In this document: positions 18,575 through 28,800 of the stretch, in pieces
Position numbering within the stretch: position 1 is the first letter of the stretch
How the letters are laid out: each line of letters begins with the position of its first letter
Assembly (NCBI GenBank): GCA_964478715.1
Contig: CAYZIY010000010.1
Span: forward strand, 2,250 to 66,249
DNA from: an uncultured Planctomycetales bacterium
GTDB lineage: Bacteria > Omnitrophota > Gorgyraeia > Zapsychrales > JBDRMG01
Reading direction: 5' to 3'
DNA: 64,000 bases
Notes under the pieces: model-generated
Told to the model about the DNA's origin: nothing
The model's input: only the letters and a program-made list of their open reading frames with translations
The model's database searches: none
Position numbers and translations under genes: made by a program

Positions 18575-18941
18575 CGATAATCTGGAAAACCGCGAATTAC
18601 TTTCTGAAATTCTCAGAAATAACGCTTATTGTTTTCAGGCGGCAAACGGCGAAGAGGCGATCAAAAAATACAATGATTCTCTAAAAGACGAGCCGTATGA
18701 TTTGATTCTTCTGGATATCGTTATGCCGGATGTCGACGGTTTGCAGGCTCTGAGAACGATCCGTCAAAATGAAAGGAAGCAAGGTATCGAACTCGGAGAC
18801 GGCGTACCCATTATTATGGTCACAGCCCACAAAAAGCCTTTTTTGGATGCCTTTTATCAGGGCTGTACGGATTACATTATGAAGCCCATCGAGCCCGTCA
18901 AGTTGATCAACAAAATCAAAGAAAAAATAGGCCAGCCTTAA
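18552..18941 (+). CDS. single-domain response regulator receiver
   Basis: ILIVDDN, LILLDIVMPDVDG, IMVTAH, KPI. Overlaps the HPt gene by 23 nt. Confidence 0.75.
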   Translation: MWRILIVDDNLENRELLSEILRNNAYCFQAANGEEAIKKYNDSLKDEPYDLILLDIVMPDVDGLQALRTIRQNERKQGIELGDGVPIIMVTAHKKPFLDAFYQGCTDYIMKPIEPVKLINKIKEKIGQP

Positions 18942-18962
18942 ATTCTATTACTTCTTAGAAAT

Positions 18963-18991
18963 TTGCAAAGCTGAAGACGCTTTAGTATATT
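18963..18991 (+). promoter_or_regulatory. candidate sigma70-type promoter (TTGCAA-17-TATATT) upstream of citrate synthase
   Basis: Hexamers and spacing seen in sequence, about 40 nt upstream of the ATG at 19031. Confidence 0.3.
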
Positions 18992-19030
18992 ACACGTAAA
19001 TTAATGATTTAATTTAGTGGAGAAAATTTT

Positions 19031-20374
19031 ATGAAAAAATATGCCGAATTAAAAATCAATAATAAAAAGTACAGAATGCCGATTGTCGCTGGCACAGAAA
19101 ACGAAAAAGCTATTGATATAACGAATTTAAGAAAAAACACAGGCTATATTACACTGGATCCCGGATTTGCCAATACGGGTTCCTGCAAGAGCGCGATCAC
19201 CTATATTAATGGAGAAAAGGGGATTTTGAGATATAGAGGCATTCCCATAGAACAGATTGCAGAGAAATCAACCTTCGTTTGCACGGCTTTCCTTTTAATT
19301 TACGGGCATTTTCCTATTAGAGCTGAGATCGAACAGTTTTCGCAGTCCTTCACACGCCATTCCATGATTCACGAGGATATGAAGAATTTCTTTAATGGCT
19401 ATCCATCCGGTGGTCATCCGATGGGTATCCTTTCGGCCATGGTCTGTTCTCTTTCGGCCTATTATCCCGAATTGATAAAACCGAACCCATCACTGGAGGA
19501 TATCAATACGATTGTTGTGGAATTGATGGCCAAGGTTCGCACGATTGCGGCATTTTCTTATAAGAAATCGATCGGGGAACCTTTTATCTATCCCCGACAT
19601 GATTTGCGCTATATTCATAATTTTCTTCACATGATGTTTTCTGCACCGGCCCGAGATTATGTTATTCGCGATGAAGTTGTCGATGCCTTGCAAACATTGC
19701 TTACCTTGCATGCTGATCACGAGCAGAACTGCAGTACTTCGACGGTTCGAATGGTAGGAAGCGCAAGAGCTAATTTGTTTGCATCAATTTCCGCAGGAAT
19801 ATGCGCCTTGTGGGGCCCCCTGCACGGCGGAGCCAATCAGAAGGTCATCGAAATGCTGGAAGCTATTCATAGAGACGGCGGCGATGTAAAGAAATACGTT
19901 CGCAAAGCAAAGGATAAAAAGGGTAATTATCGCCTTATGGGATTCGGTCACAGAGTTTATAAAAATTATGATCCTCGCGCGAAAATAATTAAGAAAAAAG
20001 CGGATATTCTTCTTAATAAATTGGGTATAAATGATCCTCTTTTAGAAATTGCGAAAAAACTTGAAGAAATTGCTTTGAAAGACAGCTATTTTGTCGAAAG
20101 AAAACTATTTCCCAATGTGGATTTTTACAGCGGCATCATCCTAAGAGAAATCGGTATTCCGGTCGATATGTTTCCGGTTATTTTTTCTATCGGTCGTCTA
20201 CCGGGATGGATAGCGCAATGGAAGGAAATGATCGAAAGCCCGGCCTCGCGCATCAGTCGTCCGCGCCAAATTTATGTCGGGTCCAAAAAAAATGATTATA
20301 TTCCCATCGAATTGAGAAAGGTGGGAAAATCAAAAACAAAGACATTTAAATTAAATCCTTTTACACCTATCTGA
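19031..20374 (+). CDS. gltA: citrate synthase
   Basis: GFGHRVYKNYDPRA signature, LHADHEQN, overall length 447 aa. Confidence 0.85.
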   Translation: MKKYAELKINNKKYRMPIVAGTENEKAIDITNLRKNTGYITLDPGFANTGSCKSAITYINGEKGILRYRGIPIEQIAEKSTFVCTAFLLIYGHFPIRAEIEQFSQSFTRHSMIHEDMKNFFNGYPSGGHPMGILSAMVCSLSAYYPELIKPNPSLEDINTIVVELMAKVRTIAAFSYKKSIGEPFIYPRHDLRYIHNFLHMMFSAPARDYVIRDEVVDALQTLLTLHADHEQNCSTSTVRMVGSARANLFASISAGICALWGPLHGGANQKVIEMLEAIHRDGGDVKKYVRKAKDKKGNYRLMGFGHRVYKNYDPRAKIIKKKADILLNKLGINDPLLEIAKKLEEIALKDSYFVERKLFPNVDFYSGIILREIGIPVDMFPVIFSIGRLPGWIAQWKEMIESPASRISRPRQIYVGSKKNDYIPIELRKVGKSKTKTFKLNPFTPI

Positions 20375-20376
20375 TC

Positions 20377-21810
20377 GTGATTTGTTTTAGAAAAATATTT
20401 TCATTTGATCAAGAAGCAGCCGTTGTTTTTGTTTCGGAGTTAGACGTAAAAAGGAATAAATTTAGCAGCATTCCCGGTATTCTACGCTCTCCCTTAAAAC
20501 GAATCATCAAAAAAGGATTCTTTTCCGCAAAGAAAGCAGAATCATTCCCTCTGGAAATAGAAGGGAAATGCGTCCTTTTTGTCGGTCTTGAAAAAGAGAT
20601 TGAAACGATAGACTTCCAAGTCAGCGCCAAAAAAGCATTCCTATCCCCTTATTTGAAATCCGCTAAAACCATAGAAGTGCTTGTAGATCAGAGTGACGAA
20701 GAAAGGATAAAAGCTCTCATAGACGCCATTTTAATCGGAACATATCGATGGGATCGATATAAGACAAGTAACTTTAAGAATATAATAAAAAAATATATCA
20801 TTATTGCAAAAAAATCAGTTGATTTTCAAAAACAGATTACGATTTGTCGAAATGTAAACTTGGCCCGCGATTTAATCAATGAAAACGCTGATATTAGGCA
20901 TTCTGGTTTTCTTGAAAAAACGATCAAAAAATTCATAAAAAGCAAAAAGAACGTCAGTGTAAAAATCTTAGACAGACGAGAGCTTAAGAAACAAGGATTG
21001 AATCTCATTTTGGCTGTTAATCAAGGCAGCGCCAATGAGCCTAAGCTTATCATCGTCAAGTATATAGGAGCACAATCAAAGTTGCCCTATACGGCTATAG
21101 TCGGGAAGGGAATCACATTTGACTCTGGTGGTCTGAATCTAAAACCAACCGGCTATATTGAAAACATGAAAGATGATATGAGCGCGGCGGCGGCTGTTAT
21201 TGGAATTATGCGCAGTATCATTGAACTTAAAATCCGAAAAAATATATTTTTTGTTTTTGGCATGGCTGAAAATGCAATCGGGTCACGTTCCTATAAGCCC
21301 GGAGACACAATCAAAAGTTATGACGGTAAGACGGTTTACATTGCTAATACGGATGCAGAAGGAAGGCTAGTTCTCGCGGACGCCATAGCCTATTTGCGAA
21401 AAAACTATAAACCAAAAGAAATCATTGATTTAGCCACCTTAACTGGCGCTTGCGTGGTTGCACTGGGTCATGATTTTTCTGGCCTGATGACAAACAATGA
21501 AAGGCTTGGAAATAATTTACTTGCATCCGCTCGAAAAACAGGTGATTGGGCTTGGAAACTACCGAATTATCCTCAATTGGGCGATCATTTGAAATCTCCG
21601 GTTGCCGATTTAAAAAACACCGGACTTCCTAAAGGAGTAGCCGGAGCCTTAAGCGCCGGCGAGTTCTTGAGGCAATTTGTTGGTGGTACGCCTTGGGCCC
21701 ACCTTGATATTGCCGGAACCGCTTTTGTCGAAGGTTCGGATCGTTTTTATTTCGGACATGGAGCGACGGGAGCCGGTATACGGTTAATGACGGATTATTT
21801 ATCGGGATAA
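20377..21810 (+). CDS. pepA: leucyl aminopeptidase (M17 family)
   Basis: [17 protein letters not shown]17 signature, [16 protein letters not shown] start immediately after gltA. Confidence 0.8.
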   Translation: MICFRKIFSFDQEAAVVFVSELDVKRNKFSSIPGILRSPLKRIIKKGFFSAKKAESFPLEIEGKCVLFVGLEKEIETIDFQVSAKKAFLSPYLKSAKTIEVLVDQSDEERIKALIDAILIGTYRWDRYKTSNFKNIIKKYIIIAKKSVDFQKQITICRNVNLARDLINENADIRHSGFLEKTIKKFIKSKKNVSVKILDRRELKKQGLNLILAVNQGSANEPKLIIVKYIGAQSKLPYTAIVGKGITFDSGGLNLKPTGYIENMKDDMSAAAAVIGIMRSIIELKIRKNIFFVFGMAENAIGSRSYKPGDTIKSYDGKTVYIANTDAEGRLVLADAIAYLRKNYKPKEIIDLATLTGACVVALGHDFSGLMTNNERLGNNLLASARKTGDWAWKLPNYPQLGDHLKSPVADLKNTGLPKGVAGALSAGEFLRQFVGGTPWAHLDIAGTAFVEGSDRFYFGHGATGAGIRLMTDYLSG

Positions 21811-21815
21811 AAAGG

Positions 21816-23222
21816 ATGAAGAAAAAGAAGGCTGGATTCCGGATAGAGAAAGATATTTTGGGATCTGTGTGCGTACCGCAACAGAGCTATTTCGGGGCGC
21901 AAACAATGCGCTCTTTGCAGAATTTTCCAATAGGTAGCGAGACTTTTCCGTTTGTTTTTATTAAAGCCCTTGCGATAATCAAGAAAGCAGCCGCCTTTAC
22001 TAACCATCAATTGAAGCTTCTTCCATCCCGTAAATCAAGAGTGATTATCAAAGCCTGTGATGAAATCATAAAAGGAAAGCACAACGATCAATTTCCACTG
22101 TTCATTTGGCAGACAGGTAGCGGAACTCAAACCCATATGAACATGAATGAGGTCATCGCTAATCGCGCGATCGAATTACTTCACGGAAAGAAGGGAAGCA
22201 AAAAACCTGTTCATCCCAATGATGATGTCAATTGCGGCCAATCGTCAAATGACGTTTTTCCTACCGCCATGCATATAGCCGCTGTGGAGATGCTTACCAG
22301 AGAGTTGCTTCCGGCAGTACAGATTCTTATTAAAGAAATAGAAAAAAAGTCATGTCAATATAGATCCGTCATTAAGACAGGACGTACGCATTTGATGGAT
22401 GCGGTTCCAATCTCTGTTAAGCAGGAATTTTCGGGTTATATTTTCCAGCTCAAACGGGATCAGCATCGCATCCAGCAGTGTCTAAAGGATCTCTATCCTT
22501 TGGCTCTGGGCGCTACAGCCGTCGGGACAGGTCTTAATACCCACGAAAAATTTTCTCGTAAAACTATTGCTGTGATAACGAAAATTACCAAATACCCCTT
22601 TAGGGGTGTAAGAAATAAGTTCGCAGCCGTTGCCTCGCATGATGCTTTGCTTCAGGTGAGCTCCGCATGCAAAATTTTGGCCGCTGATTTAACCAAGATT
22701 GCCAATGATATTCGCTGGTCAGCCAGCGGACCGCGATGCGGATTGGGAGAATATATTTTGCAGGCAAATGAGCCTGGAAGTTCCATTATGCCGGGAAAAG
22801 TCAACCCAACGCAAGCCGAAGCTTTGTTAATGGTATGCGCGCAAGTGGCGGGAAATGATACGGTCGTTCACATAGCCGGATCTCAAGGAAATTTTGAGCT
22901 TAATGTATATAAACCTGTTATTGTATACAACATCCTGCAATCGGTTCGTTTGCTATCTGATGCGACACGAAGTTTTGCTCTTCGATGTATCAGAGGATTA
23001 ATTATCGATAAGCAAAGAATTGAGAAAAACCTAAAACGTTCATTGATGTTGGCAACCGCTCTAAGTCCCAAGATTGGATATGATAAATCGGCTCAGGTTG
23101 CTCAGAAGGCTTATCGGGAAAAAACAACCTTGCGCCAGGCCTGCCTCGAACTAGGTTATCTTTCTGCCAGTGAATTTGATCGGCTGATTCGACCCCGAAA
23201 TATGATTAAACCGAATCTATGA
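21816..23222 (+). CDS. fumC: class II fumarate hydratase
   Basis: [17 protein letters not shown] (fumarase/aspartase signature, fumarase-type TQxEAL), [15 protein letters not shown]. Confidence 0.8.
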   Translation: MKKKKAGFRIEKDILGSVCVPQQSYFGAQTMRSLQNFPIGSETFPFVFIKALAIIKKAAAFTNHQLKLLPSRKSRVIIKACDEIIKGKHNDQFPLFIWQTGSGTQTHMNMNEVIANRAIELLHGKKGSKKPVHPNDDVNCGQSSNDVFPTAMHIAAVEMLTRELLPAVQILIKEIEKKSCQYRSVIKTGRTHLMDAVPISVKQEFSGYIFQLKRDQHRIQQCLKDLYPLALGATAVGTGLNTHEKFSRKTIAVITKITKYPFRGVRNKFAAVASHDALLQVSSACKILAADLTKIANDIRWSASGPRCGLGEYILQANEPGSSIMPGKVNPTQAEALLMVCAQVAGNDTVVHIAGSQGNFELNVYKPVIVYNILQSVRLLSDATRSFALRCIRGLIIDKQRIEKNLKRSLMLATALSPKIGYDKSAQVAQKAYREKTTLRQACLELGYLSASEFDRLIRPRNMIKPNL

Positions 23223-23281
23223 AAGACACGATTAAGATCTTGACGATTCGATAAAATATAGTATTGTGAAGTTAAGTTCAT

Positions 23282-23626
23282 ATGCCTAAGAGAGCAAGAA
23301 TAGAAAGAAGAAAGCATCCTCGAGTCAAAAGGGTTTTGTGTATTCATCATAGGATGCACAGGCCGCATACCAGATTTGCAGAAGACAGCTGGCACTGGCA
23401 TCTTTCTGATACGGATAATATGAGCGCCGGAGGACTTTTGTTCCATTCGGACGTTCAATATAAAATCGGAGATATTATTGAATTAAAGATTGTTGTCTCC
23501 GGAGTGCTGGATATTTACGACGGATTAGCCGAGGTTTTGAGAATCGAAAACAGTAAAAAGCCAAAAATATTTCCTACCGCCGTTAAATTTCTTAAAACAG
23601 GTAAAAGTAACAGAAAGAAAAAATAG
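23282..23626 (+). CDS. PilZ-domain c-di-GMP-binding protein
   Basis: RKHPR (RxxxR) and DNMSAGGLLF (DxSxGG) motifs. Confidence 0.65.
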   Translation: MPKRARIERRKHPRVKRVLCIHHRMHRPHTRFAEDSWHWHLSDTDNMSAGGLLFHSDVQYKIGDIIELKIVVSGVLDIYDGLAEVLRIENSKKPKIFPTAVKFLKTGKSNRKKK

Positions 23627-23631
23627 AAAAG

Positions 23632-25008
23632 TTAATGACCTTCCTTGAATTCTGCCACGAGTCGTGAAATGGACTTTTTTGCGTCTCCAAAAATCATTCG
23701 CGTGTTAGCATAAGAAAATAGTTCATTAGGGATACCGGCAAATCCGGTGGCCATTGATCGTTTCAAAACAAAAACGGTTTTGGCCTTATCCACATTGATT
23801 ATTGGCATCCCGCGTATAGGGCTTGAGGTATCTTTTCTCGCAGCAGGGTTAACCACATCATTGGCCCCGATTACAATAGCCACATCAATAGTATTCATTA
23901 CCGGATTAATAGTATCCATTTCTTTGAGTTGATCATAGGGAATATTGGCTTCAGCCAAAAGAACATTCATATGACCGGGCATACGTCCTGCGACCGGATG
24001 AATCGCATAGCTGACATCGGTTCCATTTTTTTCCAAAATATCGGCCAATTCTTTAACCACATGTTGCGCCTGGGCTACGGCAAGACCGTAGCCGGGCACA
24101 AAAACAACACTGCGAGCCGCTTCAAGAATGAAATAAGCATCTCCGACATTAATCGGCTTAACTTCCCCTTGATAAGAAGATCCCTTTTTCAGGATTGAAG
24201 AACCAAAACCGCTAAATAGAACATTAGCCAAAGAACGGTTCATCGCTTTGCACATGATATTGGTGAGGATCAGACCACTGGCCCCGACAAGAGAACCGGT
24301 GACAATCAGCATTTTATTCATAATGACGAATCCGGTTGCGCAAGCCGCCATACCAGAATAGCTGTTAAGAAGCGAAATAACAACAGGCATATCAGCCCCA
24401 CCGATCGGGATAACACTCAAGATGCCGAAAGTCAAACTCATAACAATAATGGCCAAGAAATAAAAGTAATGTTCCGATGGATTCTGGCAAAAAATAATGC
24501 CGAAGACAATAACAGCGAGCAAAAGAAAACCATTGATGATTTGCTGGCCTTTAAAAAGCAGCGGCTTGGAATTCATCACTCCCTGAAGCTTGGCCCAGGC
24601 AATGACACTTCCGGTAAATGTAATTCCACCAATAAGAACCGAAAGAAGAATCGGTACACTTACAAAAGGACTAATCGAAAAGTTTATTTGATAGGTGGCC
24701 CAGGCAACAAGCAGACTCGCTAGACCTCCAAATCCATTTAAAAGGGCTACCATTTGCGGGATACTGGTCATCGGAATACGGTAAGCGGCAAAAGATCCGA
24801 TCAAGCTTCCCATAATGATTCCCGCAGCGATCCACTGAAAATGCAGACCCCGCGAGAATAGAGTCGCCACAACAGCTAGAAGCATCCCGATGGCAGAAAC
24901 AAGATTTCCTTTGCGGGCCGTTTGAGGGGAGCTCAGCATCTTTAAGCCCAAAGCAAAGAAAACAGTGGCAATAATATAGACGAAGAGTTTAATGATTTCC
25001 GATGTCAT
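23632..25008 (-). CDS. pntB: NAD(P) transhydrogenase subunit beta
   Basis: Multi-TM N-terminal half plus C-terminal NADP(H)-binding domain (GYGLAVAQAQ, VIGANDVVNPAA). Confidence 0.85.
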   Translation of the reverse strand: MTSEIIKLFVYIIATVFFALGLKMLSSPQTARKGNLVSAIGMLLAVVATLFSRGLHFQWIAAGIIMGSLIGSFAAYRIPMTSIPQMVALLNGFGGLASLLVAWATYQINFSISPFVSVPILLSVLIGGITFTGSVIAWAKLQGVMNSKPLLFKGQQIINGFLLLAVIVFGIIFCQNPSEHYFYFLAIIVMSLTFGILSVIPIGGADMPVVISLLNSYSGMAACATGFVIMNKMLIVTGSLVGASGLILTNIMCKAMNRSLANVLFSGFGSSILKKGSSYQGEVKPINVGDAYFILEAARSVVFVPGYGLAVAQAQHVVKELADILEKNGTDVSYAIHPVAGRMPGHMNVLLAEANIPYDQLKEMDTINPVMNTIDVAIVIGANDVVNPAARKDTSSPIRGMPIINVDKAKTVFVLKRSMATGFAGIPNELFSYANTRMIFGDAKKSISRLVAEFKEGH

Positions 25009-25310
25009 TATTTTTTGTCTTGAGATCTTTTTTTAAAAAATCCCAGCATGCGATGCGTTACAAGGTATCCGCCTGCAACATTGATCGTTGCAAAAACAAC
25101 AGCCAGTGTTCCAAAAACCGTAGCCAAGACACTGTCCTGAGCTGTGCCTGAAGCGATCAAAGCCCCGACAATCGTTATGCCGGAAATGGCATTACTGCCC
25201 GACATAAGCGGTGTATGCAAAGTAGAAGGGACCTTAGAGATTAACTCAAATCCTAAGGAAATAGCGATGATAAAAAGGAATAATGTATCGGCGAAAGTAA
25301 ATATATCCAT
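25008..25310 (-). CDS. pntA: NAD(P) transhydrogenase alpha subunit, membrane part (alpha-2)
   Basis: 100-aa 3-TM protein typical of split PntA (PntAB). 1-nt overlap with pntB. Confidence 0.75.
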   Translation of the reverse strand: MDIFTFADTLFLFIIAISLGFELISKVPSTLHTPLMSGSNAISGITIVGALIASGTAQDSVLATVFGTLAVVFATINVAGGYLVTHRMLGFFKKRSQDKK

Positions 25311-25315
25311 ATGAT

Positions 25316-26452
25316 TTACCCATTAATGGCCTGCTCAACTTTTTCATTAATAATGCTTCCTTTATGCGAAATCAGGCAGCCTTTTAGAATTTCGTTTTCT
25401 GTATCTAAGTTGATGGTTTGTTTCTCTTGATCCCAAAGTTCCTCAAGAAGGCTGACGATATTATTCGAAATCATTTGACTGGCAACCAGACTGACCCGGT
25501 TGGGCAAATTGCGTAATCCTATAATCTTAACCTGATTGTGCGCGATTTCTCGGTCGGCTTGAGAAAGCTCCACATTTCCTCCTCCTTCAACTGCCATATC
25601 AACGATAACGCTCATAGGCTTCATGGCTTCAATCATTTCCTTGGTGATCAATAGGGGTGCTTTCTTTCCAAACACTTGGGCCGTTGTGATAACCACATCA
25701 GAGTTAGAACATATCTTCTTCATAGCTTCCCGTTGCTTTTGAATTTGTTGATCGCATAAGTCCTTGGCGTAACCCTCTTTTGTTTGACCGGTTTCTCCAA
25801 GATCAATTTTCACAAACCGGGCCCCGAGAGACTTGACCTGTTCTTCGACTTCGCTGCGGGTATCAAAGGCCTCCACAACAGCTCCCAACCTTTTTGCTGT
25901 GGCGATAGCCTGCAATCCGGCAACTCCGGCTCCGACAATAAAAACCCGGGAAGGAGCAATCGTTCCGGATGGAGTTGTCATCATCGGGAAAATCTTTGCA
26001 AGGCGTTCCGCGGCCAGAATCACGGCAACATAACCGGATAAGCTAGCCTGGGAGCTGAGAACATCCATTTTCTGGGCATAGGTGGTTCGCGGTATCATTT
26101 CCAAGCTAATCGAGGAGATCTCATTTTGGGTCAAAACATGAAGAAGTTGTCTTTCCTTAAAAGGATCCAAAAAGCTAATATGGATACATCCCCTTTTTAG
26201 GAGAGACGCTTCCTGAAGGTCCGGCTTATTGATCCGGACAATCATATCGCAACCAGAAATTAATTTTTCTCGATCAGGTTCTATTTTACACCCAACTTTT
26301 AGAAATTCTTTATCAGAAATCCCTAAATGGAGGCCAAGGTCTTTTTCGATAACCAAACGCATGCCTGAATCAATAAGCTTAGAACAGGACGCGGGTACTA
26401 GGCAAATACGTTTTTCTTTTTGAGTATTTTCCTTGATAATACCAATAAACAT
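25316..26452 (-). CDS. pntA: NAD(P) transhydrogenase alpha subunit, soluble NAD(H)-binding part (alpha-1)
   Basis: Alanine-dehydrogenase/PNT fold with VFIVGAGVAGLQAIATAKRLGA Rossmann. ATG 26452 chosen (ORF track gives a TTG at 26482 adding 10 hydrophobic residues). Neither start has an obvious SD. Confidence 0.75.
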   Translation of the reverse strand: MFIGIIKENTQKEKRICLVPASCSKLIDSGMRLVIEKDLGLHLGISDKEFLKVGCKIEPDREKLISGCDMIVRINKPDLQEASLLKRGCIHISFLDPFKERQLLHVLTQNEISSISLEMIPRTTYAQKMDVLSSQASLSGYVAVILAAERLAKIFPMMTTPSGTIAPSRVFIVGAGVAGLQAIATAKRLGAVVEAFDTRSEVEEQVKSLGARFVKIDLGETGQTKEGYAKDLCDQQIQKQREAMKKICSNSDVVITTAQVFGKKAPLLITKEMIEAMKPMSVIVDMAVEGGGNVELSQADREIAHNQVKIIGLRNLPNRVSLVASQMISNNIVSLLEELWDQEKQTINLDTENEILKGCLISHKGSIINEKVEQAING

Positions 26453-26573
26453 AAAAATATTATAAAGGAAATAGATGTACAACGCTAATTTTTTCAGTCA
26501 TTTCATTTTTGTTTTACAAAACACTTATTCATAGATATACTACTAAAAACAGAGAATAAGTAAGGAGGATAGA

Positions 26574-26678
26574 ATGGAAGTACGTGCACTTATCGGAGCA
26601 TTTCTTATTATCGGCGCTTTGACATATTGGATTATCAGAAAAAAAGGTTGCTGCAATAAAGAATCTGATCAGAAATAA
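26574..26678 (+). CDS. small 34-aa membrane peptide with C-terminal GCC motif (below the 60-aa ORF cutoff)
   Basis: Strong SD TAAGGAGG 6 nt before ATG 26574. MEVRALIGAFLIIGALTYWIIRKKGCCNKESDQK. Stop is 9 nt before the nitroreductase ATG. Confidence 0.35.
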   Translation: MEVRALIGAFLIIGALTYWIIRKKGCCNKESDQK

Positions 26679-26686
26679 GTAATCCG

Positions 26687-27250
26687 ATGTCTTTTCTTAA
26701 TCTGACGAAACAGCGATATAGCTGTCGGCAGTATCAATCATTACCGGTTGAGCGAGAAAAAATCCTGCGATGTCTAGAGGCAGCCCGCTGGGCTCCATCG
26801 GCCTGTAATTCCCAACCTTGGCATTTTATTATTGTTGACGAGCGGCTCACTAGAGATTTTTTGGCCGAGCAGGCATTCGGGGGGATCTATAGAATCAATG
26901 CCTTTGCAAAGCAGGCTCCTGTTTTGATTGCAGCTGTGCGTCAGAATTCAAAATACCTTGCTGAACTTGCCGGCAGAATGAGGGGTGTCCGGTACAGTCT
27001 GATCGATGTGGGGATAGCCTGCGAACATTTTGTCCTTCAAGCGCAGGAAGAAGGATTGGGAACTTGCTGGATCGGTTGGTTTGACGCTAAAAAAGTAAAA
27101 AAAGTTCTGAAACTTCCCTGGCATTCTAAAGTGGATATCATTATCAGCGTGGGTTATCCGCGGACTAATCAAAAAGTCGAGAAAAAGAGAAGAGCTCGTA
27201 GTGAAATCATTACTTTTTTTAATGAAAATCAAGGAGAATCATCACAATGA
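26687..27250 (+). CDS. nitroreductase-family protein
   Basis: [12 protein letters not shown]...[16 protein letters not shown]-terminal nitroreductase signature. Confidence 0.75.
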   Translation: MSFLNLTKQRYSCRQYQSLPVEREKILRCLEAARWAPSACNSQPWHFIIVDERLTRDFLAEQAFGGIYRINAFAKQAPVLIAAVRQNSKYLAELAGRMRGVRYSLIDVGIACEHFVLQAQEEGLGTCWIGWFDAKKVKKVLKLPWHSKVDIIISVGYPRTNQKVEKKRRARSEIITFFNENQGESSQ

Positions 27251-27456
27251 ACTGCCCTAATAAAAAAAGAAATATGGAATATTGCAATTGCAGCTATCCC
27301 GGATGTGAAAAGAAAGGGATTTGTTGCGAGTGTCTTCATTATCATCGAAAAAAAGGTGCCATGCCGGCCTGCTTTTTTCCTCCTGAAGCCGAAAAAACCT
27401 ACGATCGATCAATAGAAAATTTTATCCGGGTTTATCAGCAATCTAAGAGTCGATAA
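27247..27456 (+). CDS. small cysteine-rich protein ([21 protein letters not shown]...PACF), putative metal-binding, uncharacterised family
   Basis: ATGA start/stop overlap with the nitroreductase gene suggests translational coupling. Eight Cys in 40 residues. Confidence 0.5.
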   Translation: MNCPNKKRNMEYCNCSYPGCEKKGICCECLHYHRKKGAMPACFFPPEAEKTYDRSIENFIRVYQQSKSR

Positions 27457-27526
27457 TTTTAGAGCGCGTGTCTTGACACTGCCATTAAAGAAGGATAAAC
27501 TAAACCATTCTTCTATTGGAGAATAT

Positions 27527-27928
27527 ATGCGCCATAAGGGAATCATCAAAGATATCGATAGGGATACTGTTGTAGTCAAAGCAGAAGAAATTGAGGCTTG
27601 CCATCAATGCAGGGCCAAGCAGCTTTGTCAACTGGAGAATAGAAATGAAGTTCGCTTGACTGCGCCAAGCGCCGCCAAGAAGTATCATGTAGGTGATGAA
27701 GTCGATATAATAATCAAAGAAACCCTGGGTATTTTGGCTGTGATTTTAGCCTACGCTGTTCCCTTTATTTTGCTGATCACAATCATCGTTACGGCGGTCA
27801 CCCTTACCGATAATGAGATTTTTTCCGGAATTGCGGGTTTGACGGCGGTGGGCCTGTATTATTTTTGCCTCTCATTATTTAAAAACCATTTAGCTCAAAA
27901 TTTTCCGATGACTATAGAAAAAAGATGA
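27527..27928 (+). CDS. RseC/MucC-family protein (SoxR-reducing system RseC-like), commonly encoded upstream of rnf/rsx genes
   Basis: ATG 27527 preceded by GGAGA. Conserved CHQCRAKQLC pair and two C-terminal TM helices. 4-nt overlap with rnfB. Confidence 0.55.
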   Translation: MRHKGIIKDIDRDTVVVKAEEIEACHQCRAKQLCQLENRNEVRLTAPSAAKKYHVGDEVDIIIKETLGILAVILAYAVPFILLITIIVTAVTLTDNEIFSGIAGLTAVGLYYFCLSLFKNHLAQNFPMTIEKR

Positions 27929-28800
27929 ATATGATCATTATCTATACTGTTGCGTTTTTAAGCCTCCTTGGCATATTAGCTGCTATCATATTGTACATAA
28001 CGGCTAATAAATTTCATGTCGAAGAGGATCCTCGCGTCGGAAAGATTGTGCAGGTTTTACCGGGTGTCAATTGCGGTGCTTGCGGTTATCCGGGGTGCCA
28101 TCATTTTGCCGAGGCCTTGATTCAAGCGGAAGATCTTGAAAAATTAAATTGTCCGGTAGGAGGGCGAGAATGCATGAAAAAAGTGGCGGAGATTTTAGGC
28201 AAAGAGGTCAGCGTAAAAGATCCCATGATTGCGGTTGTGCGGTGTAACGGAAATCCACAGAGTCGTGTCCGACATAATAAATACGATGGTGTAGAAAATT
28301 GTGTGATCGTCCATAGTTATTATATAGGAGAATCGATGTGCCCTTATGGCTGCTTGGGGCTGGGAGATTGTGTAAGGATCTGTCCCTTTGATGCCATTCA
28401 TATGGAGCAAGAAACAGGCCTGCCAGTAGTGGATGAGGAGAAATGCACAGCCTGCGGGAAATGCGTTGGGGCATGCCCCCGTAATATTATTGAACTACGC
28501 AAAAAGGGCGCTAGAGGCCGTCGCCTTTATATTTGTTGTATCAATCAGGAAAAGGGAGCTGAAGCAAAAAAGTCCTGCACTGTCGCCTGCATCGGATGCG
28601 GAAAATGCGTTAAAGAATGCCCTTTTGAGGCTATCACCTTAAAAGATAATTTAGCTTATATTGATTACAATAAATGCCGCTTGTGCCGTAAGTGTGTGAT
28701 TGTCTGTCCAACGCATGCGATTCACGAAACACATTTTCCTCCCAGAAAACCCCAAGCAGATAATGAAACCAATAATCAGGAAGCTGGCAAAGAAAAATGA
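27925..28800 (+). CDS. rnfB: Rnf electron transport complex subunit B (polyferredoxin)
   Basis: N-terminal TM anchor, CGACGYPGC cluster and several CxxCxxCxxxCP 4Fe-4S motifs. Confidence 0.85.
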   Translation: MNMIIIYTVAFLSLLGILAAIILYITANKFHVEEDPRVGKIVQVLPGVNCGACGYPGCHHFAEALIQAEDLEKLNCPVGGRECMKKVAEILGKEVSVKDPMIAVVRCNGNPQSRVRHNKYDGVENCVIVHSYYIGESMCPYGCLGLGDCVRICPFDAIHMEQETGLPVVDEEKCTACGKCVGACPRNIIELRKKGARGRRLYICCINQEKGAEAKKSCTVACIGCGKCVKECPFEAITLKDNLAYIDYNKCRLCRKCVIVCPTHAIHETHFPPRKPQADNETNNQEAGKEK

